Assembly: GCA_963828735.1 (NCBI GenBank)
Contig: CAWHFW010000005.1
Location: 480,001-544,000 of the forward strand
DNA from: an uncultured Gemmatimonadales bacterium
GTDB taxonomy: Bacteria; Gemmatimonadota; Gemmatimonadetes; Gemmatimonadales; GWC2-71-9
Length of the DNA: 64,000 bases
Reading direction: 5' to 3'
The position numbers were made by a program, and so were the translations under genes. Under the pieces are notes generated by a model that did not search any database, was not told the origin of the DNA, and saw only the letters and a program-made list of their open reading frames with translations. Shown piece after piece: positions 45,970 to 56,500 of this stretch (within the stretch, counting starts at the first letter, position 1; every line of letters begins with the position of its first letter).

Positions 45970-47343
45970 ATGCGCACCATCATCGAGCCATTCAAGATCA
46001 AGTCGGTCGAGCCCATTCGCATGACGTCGCCGGAGGAGCGCGACGCCAAGCTGCGCCACGCCGGCTACAACGTCTTCCTGCTGACGGCCGAGGACGTGCT
46101 CATCGACCTGCTCACGGACAGCGGTACCGCGGCGATGAGCGCCGAGCAGTGGGCGGCCGTCATGCGCGGCGACGAGGCCTACGCCGGCAGCCGATCCTGG
46201 TACCGCTTCGAGGCCAGTGTCCGCGACATCTTCGGCTTCCGGCACGTGCTGCCGACGCACCAGGGCCGGGCCGCCGAGCGCATCCTCTTCTCGCTGCTCT
46301 GCAAGCCGGGCGACGTGGTGCCGAACAACACGCACTTCGACACCACGCGCGCCAACGCGGAGGCGGCCGGCGCGGAGGCGCGCGACCTCGTCATTCCGGA
46401 AGGCCGCGTGCCGGCCGCCCGCCACCCGTTCAAGGGCAACATGGACGTGGCCGCGCTCCGCTCGCTCATCGCCCGGGTGGGCCGGGAGCGCATTCCGCTC
46501 TGCATGCTCACGGTGACCAACAATTCGGGTGGCGGCCAGCCGGTGTCGATGGCGAACGTCCGCGAGGTCTCGGCGCTGTGCCGCGAGCACGGGATCCCGC
46601 TCTACATCGACGCGTGCCGCTTCGCGGAGAACGCGTATTTCATCAAGCTGCGGGAGGATGGCTATCGGGACCGGTCGCCGATCGAGATCGCAAGGGAGCT
46701 GTTCTCGTACGCCGACGGCTGCACCATGTCGGCCAAGAAGGACGGCCTGGCGAACATCGGCGGGTTCCTGGCCACGAACGACGATCGCCTCGCGGTGGAG
46801 CAACGGAACCTGCTGATCCTGACGGAAGGGTTTCCGACGTACGGCGGCCTCGCCGGACGAGATCTCGATGCAATCGCCGTGGGACTGCACGAGGCGCTCG
46901 ACGAGGACTACCTGCTCTACCGCATCACGTCGACCACGTACCTGGGCGAGCACGTGAGCCGGGCCGGCGTGCCCATCGTTCAGCCCCCCGGCGGCCATGC
47001 CGTGTATCTCGATGCCTCGGCGTTCTTCCCCCACATCCGGGCGCTCGAGCTGCCGGGGCAGGCGCTCGTAGTCGAGTTGTATCGCGAGGCGGGAATCCGG
47101 GCGGTCGAGATAGGGACGGTCATGTTTGGCCGGCGCGATCCGGCGACCGGCACCGAGTCGGCCGCGCCGATGGAGCTCGTGCGCCTGGCGATCCCGCGGC
47201 GCGTCTATACCCAGAGCCACGTGGACTATGTGGTCGAGGCGATCCTCAACGTGTGGGAACGACGGCAGCACGTGCGTGGGTACCGCATGACCGAGCAATC
47301 GCCGGTGCTGCGCCATTTTACCGCCCGATTCGAGCCGCTTTAG
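45970..47343 (+). CDS. tnaA: tryptophanase (beta-eliminating lyase)
   Basis: EPFKIKSVEPI, IDLLTDSGT, HQGRAAE, MSAKKD PLP lysine, C-terminal LRHFTARF (His, as in TnaA rather than TPL). Confidence 0.88.
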   Translation: MRTIIEPFKIKSVEPIRMTSPEERDAKLRHAGYNVFLLTAEDVLIDLLTDSGTAAMSAEQWAAVMRGDEAYAGSRSWYRFEASVRDIFGFRHVLPTHQGRAAERILFSLLCKPGDVVPNNTHFDTTRANAEAAGAEARDLVIPEGRVPAARHPFKGNMDVAALRSLIARVGRERIPLCMLTVTNNSGGGQPVSMANVREVSALCREHGIPLYIDACRFAENAYFIKLREDGYRDRSPIEIARELFSYADGCTMSAKKDGLANIGGFLATNDDRLAVEQRNLLILTEGFPTYGGLAGRDLDAIAVGLHEALDEDYLLYRITSTTYLGEHVSRAGVPIVQPPGGHAVYLDASAFFPHIRALELPGQALVVELYREAGIRAVEIGTVMFGRRDPATGTESAAPMELVRLAIPRRVYTQSHVDYVVEAILNVWERRQHVRGYRMTEQSPVLRHFTARFEPL

Positions 47344-47346
47344 TCG

Positions 47347-47853
47347 TTAGACGTTGGCGGTGTACGTCTCTTCGCGCACGGCGGTGAAGCCGCGCTGAAG
47401 GTAGTTCGGAAGGGCCGCCGGATGATCCAGCGTACAGGTATGCAGCCATACGCGGGTCGGAGCGCCGCGCCATGCCTCGCGCGCCGCCTCCGTCAGCAGG
47501 TACTTACCCCACCCCCGTCCGAAATACTCCGGCAACAAGCCGAAATACGCGATCTCGGTCGAGCCGTCCGCGTGCGGCTTGAGCTCGAAATAGCCGGCCG
47601 GAGCCGCCTCCCAGGTGAGCAACCAGACCGACAGGCCCGGCGTAGCGAGGTGGGCTCGGATCACCTCGTCCGTCCACCGCAGGCGGTCGGTCCAGTGGAA
47701 GGCCCGCCCCACCTCCGCGTAGAGGTATCGGTAGAACGAGGCCGGGCACTCGCCCAGGCGCTCCACGCGCGGTGCCGGCACGGGTGTGGATGCTGGGCGC
47801 AGGTCGGCCGGCGAGCGAAGCTCGAGATAGGTGCGGGTGACCAGCGTGGACAT
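47347..47853 (-). CDS. GNAT family N-acetyltransferase
   Basis: YFGLLPEYFGRGWG, VWLHTCTLDHPAALPNY..RGF. Confidence 0.9.
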   Translation of the reverse strand: MSTLVTRTYLELRSPADLRPASTPVPAPRVERLGECPASFYRYLYAEVGRAFHWTDRLRWTDEVIRAHLATPGLSVWLLTWEAAPAGYFELKPHADGSTEIAYFGLLPEYFGRGWGKYLLTEAAREAWRGAPTRVWLHTCTLDHPAALPNYLQRGFTAVREETYTANV

Positions 47854-47873
47854 GAGGCAAGAGTCTAACACGA

Positions 47874-47901
47874 AGCGGCCCCGGCGTCTGCCGGGGCCGC
47901 T
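47874..47901 (-). terminator. hairpin terminator
   Basis: 12-bp stem AGCGGCCCCGGC/GCCGGGGCCGCT. Confidence 0.65.
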
Positions 47902-47925
47902 CGGAAACAAAGCTGAACTGCGAGG

Positions 47926-48285
47926 TTACTTCTGCGACGAGCTGTCCGCCGAAGGCGGCATCATCGTGCTGTCCGTGGTCGCGCCGGTTGACGGAGCGGT
48001 TGGGGCCGGAGCAGTCGGATTGGAGGTGCTGGTGCTGTCATAGCCGCTACTCGGCGGAACCGCGGTGCTGTCGGAGGTCGGGGCCGGCGCGGCTGCGCTG
48101 GTATCGGCCTTCGGCATCGACGTGGTGTCCGTCGTCGGCGCCGGAGCCGGCGTCGCCTGCGTGGTGTCGTACCCGCTCGTCACAGCAGTGGTGTCAGCCT
48201 TTTCAGGGGCGGCGCCGGTCTCATCCGATCGGTTGTGGCAGGCGGCGAAGGTGGCAGCCGCCGCCAGGATCCAAAGAGTTTTCAT
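47926..48285 (-). CDS. low-complexity Thr/Ser/Pro/Asp-rich lipoprotein
   Basis: AGGAG RBS; lipobox FAAC; repeated DTT/DST motifs. Confidence 0.75.
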   Translation of the reverse strand: MKTLWILAAAATFAACHNRSDETGAAPEKADTTAVTSGYDTTQATPAPAPTTDTTSMPKADTSAAAPAPTSDSTAVPPSSGYDSTSTSNPTAPAPTAPSTGATTDSTMMPPSADSSSQK

Positions 48286-48447
48286 GATTTTCTCCTAGTG
48301 GCGACCGATGCCCTGCCCGCTCGGGGCGTCGTCGCCGATATCTCGTCAGCTGCGGGCCTGCATTCCAAGCTTAAAGCCGAAGGGGCAAGATATCCCTCAT
48401 TCCCAGCCGCGACTAGGTCATAGATCACATAATTCGGGGGTTGCAGG

Positions 48448-50460
48448 TCAGGACGTCTGAAGGGCCTCGAGGTGGCGGAAGAGGTCCAGGGCGGCTGGGT
48501 TCGCCAGCGCATCCATGTTCTTGACCTCACGGCCGTGCACCACGTCCCGAACGGCCAGTTCGGTGATCTTGCCGCTGATGGTTCGTGGAATATCCGCGAC
48601 CTGCAAAATCTTGCGCGGCACATGGTGGGGGCTGGCGTGCTCGCGGATCCGGCGGCGGATGCGGTCGCACAGGGTCTCGTCCAGGGTGGTTCCCTCGCGC
48701 AACCGCAGGAACAGGACGATCCGGACGTCGCCCTCCCAGTCCTGACCGATCACCAGGCTTTCCACCACCTCGGGCAGCTGCTCCACCTGGCGATAGATCT
48801 CCGCCGTGCCGATGCGAACCCCGCCCGGGTTGAGGGTCGCGTCGCTTCTGCCGAGGATCACGAGCCCGTCGTGCCCGGTCAGCCGGGCCCAGTCGCCGTG
48901 CCGCCAGACACCCGGGTAGACGTCGAAATAGGCCGCACGGTAGCGCGAGCCGTCCGGGTCGTCCCAAAACGCGACGGGCATGCTGGGGAACGGGCGGGTG
49001 CACACGAGCTCGCCTTCCTGCTCGCGGGAGGGGCGGCCTCGACTGTCGAACACCTCGACCGCCATGCCGAGCCCCCGCATCTGGAGCTCCCCGCGCCAGA
49101 CGGGACCCGCGGGGTTGCCCAGTGCGAAGCACGAGATGATGTCGGTCCCTCCGCTGATGCTCGCGAGGTGGAGGTCCGCCTTGATGTCCCTGTATGCGTA
49201 TTCGAAGCTGTGGCCGGCGAGTGGGCTCCCGGTGGACAGGACGGATCGGAGCGCGCTCAGGTCATGGGTGCGGGCCGGCTCGAGTCCTTCCTTCTCGGCC
49301 AGCGCGAGGTATTTCGCGCTGGTGCCGAACACCGTCACTCGTTCGGACGACGCCATGTCCCACAGGATGTCGGGCGGCGAGAGCGGGGCGCCGTCGAAGA
49401 GGACCACGGTGGCGCCGGTCGCCAGGCCACTCACCAGCCAGTTCCACATCATCCACCCGCAGGTGGTGAAGTAGAAGACTCGGTCGTCGGATCCCACGTC
49501 GGTGTGCAGCACCAGCTCCTTCAGGTGCTGGAGCAGCGTCCCGCCCGCCCCGTGGACCATGCACTTCGGAAGTCCAGTCGTGCCCGATGAGTACATGATG
49601 TAGAGCGGGTGGTCGAACGGGAGCCGCGTGAATACCGGCGTGGCGGGGCCACGATGCTGGTCGAGGAGCCGATCCCACGCGTGGGCGCCGGCGAGTGGCG
49701 TCAAATCCGGGTGCTCGGCGAGGTACGGCACCACGAGGACGTGCTCGATGTCTGGCAGCCGTTGCCGGACCTCGGCCACGCGCGGCCGAAGGTCGATCGC
49801 CTTTCCCGCGTAGCGATAGCCATCCGCACACACCAGCAGCTTGGGACGAATCTGGCCGAATCGATCGACCACGCCGTTTGCGCCGAAGTCCGGCGAGCAC
49901 GACGACCAGATCGCGCCGAGACTCGCGGCGGCGAGCATGGCGATCACCGTCTCGGGAAGGTTGGGCAGGAAACCCGCCACGCGGTCGCCAGTGCCGAGGC
50001 CGAGCGCCGCGAACGCGCTCGCGGCCGCGGCGACCTCGCGGCGAAGCTCGCGGTGGCTCAGCCGCCGCTGCGGCCCGCGCTCGTTCCAGAACACGAGCGC
50101 GTCGGCGTCCCCATCATGACGAAGGAGGTTTTCGGCGAAGTTGAGGCGCGCACCGAGAAACCAGCGCGGACCGTGCACCGGGTCGGGAGGCGCCATGCGG
50201 TCGAGCCCGCGGACCACCTCGTCCCACGCGCCACCCGCGGGCCGCTCTTCGGCAACGACCCCGCAGAATCGCCACACCTCCGGCCAGAACGCGTCCGGCC
50301 GCCTCACGGACCATTCGTAGAGCGTCGGAACGTCCCAGACGCCGTCGGCACCACTGGGTGCGTGCGCCCGCACATGGGCCAGGAATTGAGTCATCTCCGC
50401 CCGAGCCACGCGGGTGGGCCCGGGCGTCCAGATCGGCGTAAGGGGCGCCCGGTCAGCCAT
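48448..50460 (-). CDS. acetoacetate--CoA ligase
   Basis: [64 protein letters not shown]. Confidence 0.93.
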   Translation of the reverse strand: MADRAPLTPIWTPGPTRVARAEMTQFLAHVRAHAPSGADGVWDVPTLYEWSVRRPDAFWPEVWRFCGVVAEERPAGGAWDEVVRGLDRMAPPDPVHGPRWFLGARLNFAENLLRHDGDADALVFWNERGPQRRLSHRELRREVAAAASAFAALGLGTGDRVAGFLPNLPETVIAMLAAASLGAIWSSCSPDFGANGVVDRFGQIRPKLLVCADGYRYAGKAIDLRPRVAEVRQRLPDIEHVLVVPYLAEHPDLTPLAGAHAWDRLLDQHRGPATPVFTRLPFDHPLYIMYSSGTTGLPKCMVHGAGGTLLQHLKELVLHTDVGSDDRVFYFTTCGWMMWNWLVSGLATGATVVLFDGAPLSPPDILWDMASSERVTVFGTSAKYLALAEKEGLEPARTHDLSALRSVLSTGSPLAGHSFEYAYRDIKADLHLASISGGTDIISCFALGNPAGPVWRGELQMRGLGMAVEVFDSRGRPSREQEGELVCTRPFPSMPVAFWDDPDGSRYRAAYFDVYPGVWRHGDWARLTGHDGLVILGRSDATLNPGGVRIGTAEIYRQVEQLPEVVESLVIGQDWEGDVRIVLFLRLREGTTLDETLCDRIRRRIREHASPHHVPRKILQVADIPRTISGKITELAVRDVVHGREVKNMDALANPAALDLFRHLEALQTS

Positions 50461-50507
50461 CCGCCGGACCGCGCGACAAACCTCCCGGCGCCCGCACCGC
50501 AAAGCCT

Positions 50508-50546
50508 CGAGGGATACGGAGGCGAGGCACGGCTCCGTATCCCTCG
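50508..50546. terminator. 14-bp stem hairpin between hmgA and the CoA ligase (terminator or mRNA stabiliser)
   Basis: CGAGGGATACGGAG/CTCCGTATCCCTCG. Confidence 0.55.
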
Positions 50547-50601
50547 GTGGCTATCGAATCTTCGTGGCGAGTCAGCGAGTCCGCCACGGGTCGATCCACG
50601 C

Positions 50602-51795
50602 TCACGTCGTGGGCGGATTGAACTGGGCGTGCTGGGCGTCGAGCCAGCTCTTGTGGTAGTCCGGGTCTTCGATGCTGGTGGCCTGCGCGGCCACCTTGAG
50701 GGGCCGGAAGCTGTCCATCATCACGGCGAGCTCCTCCGTGTACTTGGCCCCGATGCTCGCCTCGGCGCGACCGGGATGCGGTCCGTGCGGAATCCCGTCC
50801 GGATGATGCGTGATGCTCCCGAACTCGATCCCCTTCCGGCTCATGAATTCGCTCGACGCGTAGTACAACACCTCGTCCGAGTCCACATTGCTGTGGTTAT
50901 ACGGCGCCGGGACGGCTTCGGGATGGAAATCGTAGGGCCGAGGGCAGAAGCTGCAGACCACGAACCCGTCGCCCTGAAACGTCTGATGCACCGGCGGCGG
51001 CTGATGCACCCGGCCGACGATGGGCTCGAAGTCGTAGATGTTGAACGCCCAGGGGTAGAAGTAGCCATCCCAGCCGACGACGTCGAACGGGTGATGGTCC
51101 AGAATGATCTCGTTCAGCCCATCGTACTGCTTGACGAGGATACGGAAGTCGCCGCGCTCGTCGTGCGTCCGGAGGAGGCTCGGCTGCCGGATGTCACGCT
51201 CGCTGTAGGGCGCGCCCTCGATGAGCTGGCCGAATTCGTTCCGGTACCGCTTGGGCCAACGCACGTGGCCGCGGCTCTCCATGACCAGCAGCTTGTTTGG
51301 CTCGGCGGACAGGTCCAGCCGCCACCGATGCATGATGCCCCGGTGGATCACGAGGTAGTCCCCCTCGCGATATGGCAGGTCGCCGAAGACGGTCTCGAGT
51401 GTGCCGGTGCCCTTGGCTACGTAGACGAGCTCGTCGGCCTGCGCGTTCCGATAGAAATGGGCGTCGTTCTCGTCCGGCTCCACGTACAGCATCGCGATGT
51501 CCTGATTGAACAGGAGCGGGATGCGATCGAGGGTCGGACTGCCGCCGCGTTTCACCTGCGAGGTCCGGAAGTGCCGGTGCCGCAGGGTCTGGTCGGGATC
51601 GGCCTCCAGCTTGAGCTCGCGCAGCCGGCGCACGCTCTTCACCGTCGTCGGCGGGTGCGTGTGATAGAGCAGCGACGACGTCCCGGTGAACCCCTCGTGC
51701 CCCATCAACTCTTCGGCGTACAGGCCGCCGTCGGGGCGCCGGAACGCGATATGGCGCTTGCGCGGGATCTGGCCCAGGCTGTGATAGATTGGCAT
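50602..51795 (-). CDS. hmgA: homogentisate 1,2-dioxygenase
   Basis: HPFDVVGWDG, VHQPPPVH, PYNHSNVDSDE, HGPHPG, ELAVMMDSF. Confidence 0.93.
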   Translation of the reverse strand: MPIYHSLGQIPRKRHIAFRRPDGGLYAEELMGHEGFTGTSSLLYHTHPPTTVKSVRRLRELKLEADPDQTLRHRHFRTSQVKRGGSPTLDRIPLLFNQDIAMLYVEPDENDAHFYRNAQADELVYVAKGTGTLETVFGDLPYREGDYLVIHRGIMHRWRLDLSAEPNKLLVMESRGHVRWPKRYRNEFGQLIEGAPYSERDIRQPSLLRTHDERGDFRILVKQYDGLNEIILDHHPFDVVGWDGYFYPWAFNIYDFEPIVGRVHQPPPVHQTFQGDGFVVCSFCPRPYDFHPEAVPAPYNHSNVDSDEVLYYASSEFMSRKGIEFGSITHHPDGIPHGPHPGRAEASIGAKYTEELAVMMDSFRPLKVAAQATSIEDPDYHKSWLDAQHAQFNPPTT

Positions 51796-51895
51796 CGCCC
51801 ATTTCCCCTTGGTGATCACTGCTCCGACAGCATCGCGGAGCGCGGAGCGCAGGGCCCGGTCTCTGGAGTCTCTCCTCCGGTGACGGCCCCGACCT

Positions 51896-53062
<1,167 letters not shown>

Positions 53063-53113
53063 TCAACAAAAAGATACCCAAGGGCTTAGCCAGCCGCCAC
53101 GAGCCACGTCGCT

Positions 53114-53142
53114 TTGCGCTCCATTTCCACGCGCGCTATGTT
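53114..53142 (+). promoter_or_regulatory. sigma70-like promoter of the cheB operon
   Basis: TTGCGC-N17-TATGTT. Confidence 0.45.
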
Positions 53143-53166
53143 GAGTATGAGGCGGAAGATGCGGTC

Positions 53167-53225
53167 CAGGTGGGGGAGCGTGAGCAGGTGGGGGAGCGTG
53201 AGCAGGTGGGGGGAGCGTGAGCAGG
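53167..53225 (+). repeat. G-rich tandem repeat, about 3.2 x 18 bp
   Basis: CAGGTGGGGGAGCGTGAG twice, a third unit with G6, then CAGG directly before ATG 53226. Confidence 0.9.
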
Positions 53226-53993
53226 ATGCCGGGACACGAGCAGGGACGTGATATCCAAGGACATGATATCGTCGTGGTGGGATTCTCTGCGGGCGGCATC
53301 CAGCCTCTGATAAGGCTGGTCAGGGACCTGCCCTCCGATTTTCCTGCCTCGCTGTTCGTCGTCCATCACTTCCCACCCCAAAGTGTGAGTGCGCTGCCGG
53401 GCATCATCCAGCGGGCGGCTCGCCTCCCGGTGGCCGCCCCAGAGGAGGGCGATTCGATCGCGCGGGGGCACATCTACGTAGGCCGGCCCGATCGCCACCT
53501 GCTCGTCATGCCGGGGCACGTCCGCCTCACCACAGGACCTCGCGAGCACGGGAACCGTCCGGCCCTCGATCCCCTCTTTCGGTCCGCAGCCCGTAGCTAC
53601 GGGCCGCGCGTCATCGGCGTGGTGCTGTCCGGCACCCTCGACGACGGCACCTCGGGACTTCGCGCCATCAAATCGGCCGGCGGCATGGCGGTCGTGCAGG
53701 ACCCGGGGCACGCGGAATATCCCGGCATGCCGCGGAACGCGATCGAACACGTCGATATTGATTACGTAATGCCGCCTGAGGAGATCGGCAGCCTCTTGAG
53801 CCGCCTGGTGTGCCAGCCCGCTGCCCCGCCTCCCGCGAGCCTCAGAGGCGCCGAGGAGACTGTGGCGGTTGCCTCGGCAAGAAGACGCCCGGTGGCCCCG
53901 ACGAAGGGCGAGAGCACCGCGGCACCGAAGGGTGTCAGTGCCAGGGCTGGCATCAAGAAGACCCCCGACCCGAGGCGAGGACCGTCATGGTGA
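53226..53993 (+). CDS. cheB: stand-alone CheB methylesterase (no receiver)
   Basis: GFSAGG, VHH, RPALDPLF, LSGTLDDG, VQDP, GMP. Confidence 0.9.
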   Translation: MPGHEQGRDIQGHDIVVVGFSAGGIQPLIRLVRDLPSDFPASLFVVHHFPPQSVSALPGIIQRAARLPVAAPEEGDSIARGHIYVGRPDRHLLVMPGHVRLTTGPREHGNRPALDPLFRSAARSYGPRVIGVVLSGTLDDGTSGLRAIKSAGGMAVVQDPGHAEYPGMPRNAIEHVDIDYVMPPEEIGSLLSRLVCQPAAPPPASLRGAEETVAVASARRRPVAPTKGESTAAPKGVSARAGIKKTPDPRRGPSW

Positions 53994-54595
53994 TGAGCCT
54001 GGCAACCCGGCGGCCACAGGCCTCGCGGGTCATCGCCATCTCCGCATCAGCCGGTGGGCTTGCCGCACTCATCGCCGTTCTGGCGGAGCTGTCGCCGACG
54101 CTCGCGGCCTCGGTCCTCGTCGTGCAGCACCTGGCGCCGACCCATGTCAGTCATCTGGTCGAGATTCTGGGCTGGCATACCGGTCTCGAGGTCCTGCCGG
54201 CGCAGCCGGCCGCCGTGATCCGGCGCGCCACCGTGTACGTAGCGCCCCCGGGCCTCCACCTGCTTGTCGGCGTCGACCGCCGCCTGGTGCTCTCCCCTCT
54301 GCCCCCCGTGAATTTCTGCCGGCCGTCGGGCGACCGTCTGTTCGCGTCGCTCGCGACGACCTTCGGCGACCGCACGGTGGCCGTGGTGTTGACGGGGTGT
54401 GGGCACGACGGCGCCGAGGGCGCGCAGCTCGTGCGGCGCGCCGGCGGCACGGTCATCGTTCAGGATCCCGACAGCGCCGAGTTCGGCGGCATGCCGCGGG
54501 CGGCGCTCCGCGCCGGAGCCGTGGACCACGTCGTGCCGCTCGAGGCCATCGCCCGCACGCTCGAATCCCTCATCCCGTCGGGAAGCCTGGAATGA
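53993..54595 (+). CDS. cheB: second stand-alone CheB methylesterase
   Basis: SASAGG, VQHL, RPSGDRLF, LTGCGHDG, QDP, GMP. Confidence 0.9.
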   Translation: MSLATRRPQASRVIAISASAGGLAALIAVLAELSPTLAASVLVVQHLAPTHVSHLVEILGWHTGLEVLPAQPAAVIRRATVYVAPPGLHLLVGVDRRLVLSPLPPVNFCRPSGDRLFASLATTFGDRTVAVVLTGCGHDGAEGAQLVRRAGGTVIVQDPDSAEFGGMPRAALRAGAVDHVVPLEAIARTLESLIPSGSLE

Positions 54596-56472
54596 GCAAG
54601 GCCGTCCCCCGCCCGGGCGAGATCACCCTTCCGGAGGATTCCGAGTCCCTGGCCGAGTTCGAGGCCCTGCTCGCCTACCTCAAGCAGAGCCGGGGGTTCG
54701 ACTTCACCGCCTACAAGCGGTCCAGCCTCATGCGTCGGGTGATGGTGCGCATGCAGACAATGGGATCGAAGGGATTCAGCGATTATCTCGATTTCCTGCA
54801 GGTCGACTCCGAGGAGTTCACCCGACTCTTCAACACCATCCTCATCAACGTCACGAGCTTCTTCCGCGATACCGCCAACTGGGAACTGGTGCGGGACGCG
54901 GTCGTTCCCCGCATGACCGGGCCGTCCGACTCTTCGGCGCTGATTCGCGTGTGGAGCGCGGGCTGCGCCTCCGGCGAAGAGGCCTACTCGATCGCCATGC
55001 TGCTCGCGGAGGCCATGGGCTCCGAAGCCTTTCGGGAACGGGTGAAGATTTATGCTACGGACGTGGACGAAGACGCGCTCAACCAGGCACGCCACGCGGT
55101 CTATGGAGCGCACACCGCGGAGGATGTCCCCGCCCCCCTGCTCGAGAAGTACTTCGACCGCCAGGAGGAGGATCGGTACGTCTTCAACAAGGATCTCCGC
55201 CGCTCCGTCATCTTCGGTCGCCACGACCTGATCCAGGACGCGCCGATCTCGCGCGTCGACCTGCTCATCTGCCGCAACTGCCTCATGTATTTCAATACGG
55301 AGGCACAGGCACGCATCCTCGCGCGTTTCCATTTCGCAGTGGTGCCCGCCGGCGTACTTTTCCTGGGCAAGGCGGAAACGCTCCTCGCCCAGAGCGCGGC
55401 CTTCGAGCCGCTGGACATCAAGCGGCGCCTGTTCCTCAAAGCCGATCGGCAGCCGGAGGTCCGGCATATGACCACCACGGCCCCGGACGCAAACGACCGA
55501 GCGCGTTACCTCCGAGACGCCGCCAGCGACGCGGCGCCGTCGGCCCAGCTGGTGGTGGATCGCGATGGCATCATCGTCCACGCCAACCCGCCGCTTCGCG
55601 CCATGTTCGGACTCACCGCGCGCGATCTGGGCCGCCCTCTGCAGGACCTCGAGCTCTCCTACCGACCCTTCGAGCTGCGCTCGTCTCTCGAGCGGGTGTA
55701 CCTGGAGCGCCGTCCGATCACCTTGACGGATGGTCGCTGGACCGGTCCCGGCGGCCAGATCAGCTCGCTCGAGCTTCTGGTCACCCCCTTGTTGGATCCG
55801 GGCGGCATCCTCCTCGGAGCGAGCATCAACTTCCTGGATGTTTCCCGCCAGCGCCAGCTGCAGGAGGAGGTCGCCCGGGCCAGCCAGGAGCTCGAGACGG
55901 CCCTCGAGGAGCTCCAGTCTACCAATGAGGAGCTCGAGACCACCAACGAGGAATTGCAGTCCACCGTCGAGGAACTGGAGACCACGAACGAGGAGCTCCA
56001 GTCCACCAACGAGGAGCTCGAGACGATGAACGAGGAGCTCCAGTCCACCAACGAGGAGCTCCAGACGATCAATGAGGAGGCCCGCGAGCGGGGCGACCAG
56101 CTCGGCGAGCTCAACGGCTTCCTGGAATCCATCCTCACGTCGCTGAGGAGCGCCGTGGCCGTGGTGGATCGCGACCTCCACGTCCGGAAGTGGAGCCGGC
56201 GCGCCGAGGACCTCTGGGGGCTCCGCGCCGACGAGGTGCTCCAGAAGAATTTCCTCAACCTGGACATCGGCCTCCCGGTGGATCGCCTCCGGTCCCCCAT
56301 CCGCTCGTGCCTGGCCGGCGAAGCCGAGGTTCTGGATCTGACCCTCGACGCCACCAACCGCCGCGGCCGGGCGATCCAGATCCATATCACCTGCACGCCG
56401 CTCACGGCTTCCTCGTCCCAGGAATCGCGCGGTGTCATTCTCATGATGGAGGAGACGGACGGACGGCCCTGA
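54592..56472 (+). CDS. cheR: CheR methyltransferase with PAS, acidic heptad coiled coil and PAS
   Basis: GFDFTAYK, INVTSFFRD, WSAGCASGEEAYS, YATDVD, ICRNCLMYF; ELQSTNEELETTNE repeats. Confidence 0.92.
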   Translation: MSKAVPRPGEITLPEDSESLAEFEALLAYLKQSRGFDFTAYKRSSLMRRVMVRMQTMGSKGFSDYLDFLQVDSEEFTRLFNTILINVTSFFRDTANWELVRDAVVPRMTGPSDSSALIRVWSAGCASGEEAYSIAMLLAEAMGSEAFRERVKIYATDVDEDALNQARHAVYGAHTAEDVPAPLLEKYFDRQEEDRYVFNKDLRRSVIFGRHDLIQDAPISRVDLLICRNCLMYFNTEAQARILARFHFAVVPAGVLFLGKAETLLAQSAAFEPLDIKRRLFLKADRQPEVRHMTTTAPDANDRARYLRDAASDAAPSAQLVVDRDGIIVHANPPLRAMFGLTARDLGRPLQDLELSYRPFELRSSLERVYLERRPITLTDGRWTGPGGQISSLELLVTPLLDPGGILLGASINFLDVSRQRQLQEEVARASQELETALEELQSTNEELETTNEELQSTVEELETTNEELQSTNEELETMNEELQSTNEELQTINEEARERGDQLGELNGFLESILTSLRSAVAVVDRDLHVRKWSRRAEDLWGLRADEVLQKNFLNLDIGLPVDRLRSPIRSCLAGEAEVLDLTLDATNRRGRAIQIHITCTPLTASSSQESRGVILMMEETDGRP

Positions 56473-56500
56473 GCGTCCGCGGTGCTCTGACGAGGTCGCA

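Noticed and set aside
55888..56070. 21-nt periodic repeats as a non-coding array
   Set aside because: In-frame heptad repeats of the CheR coiled coil with synonymous variation.
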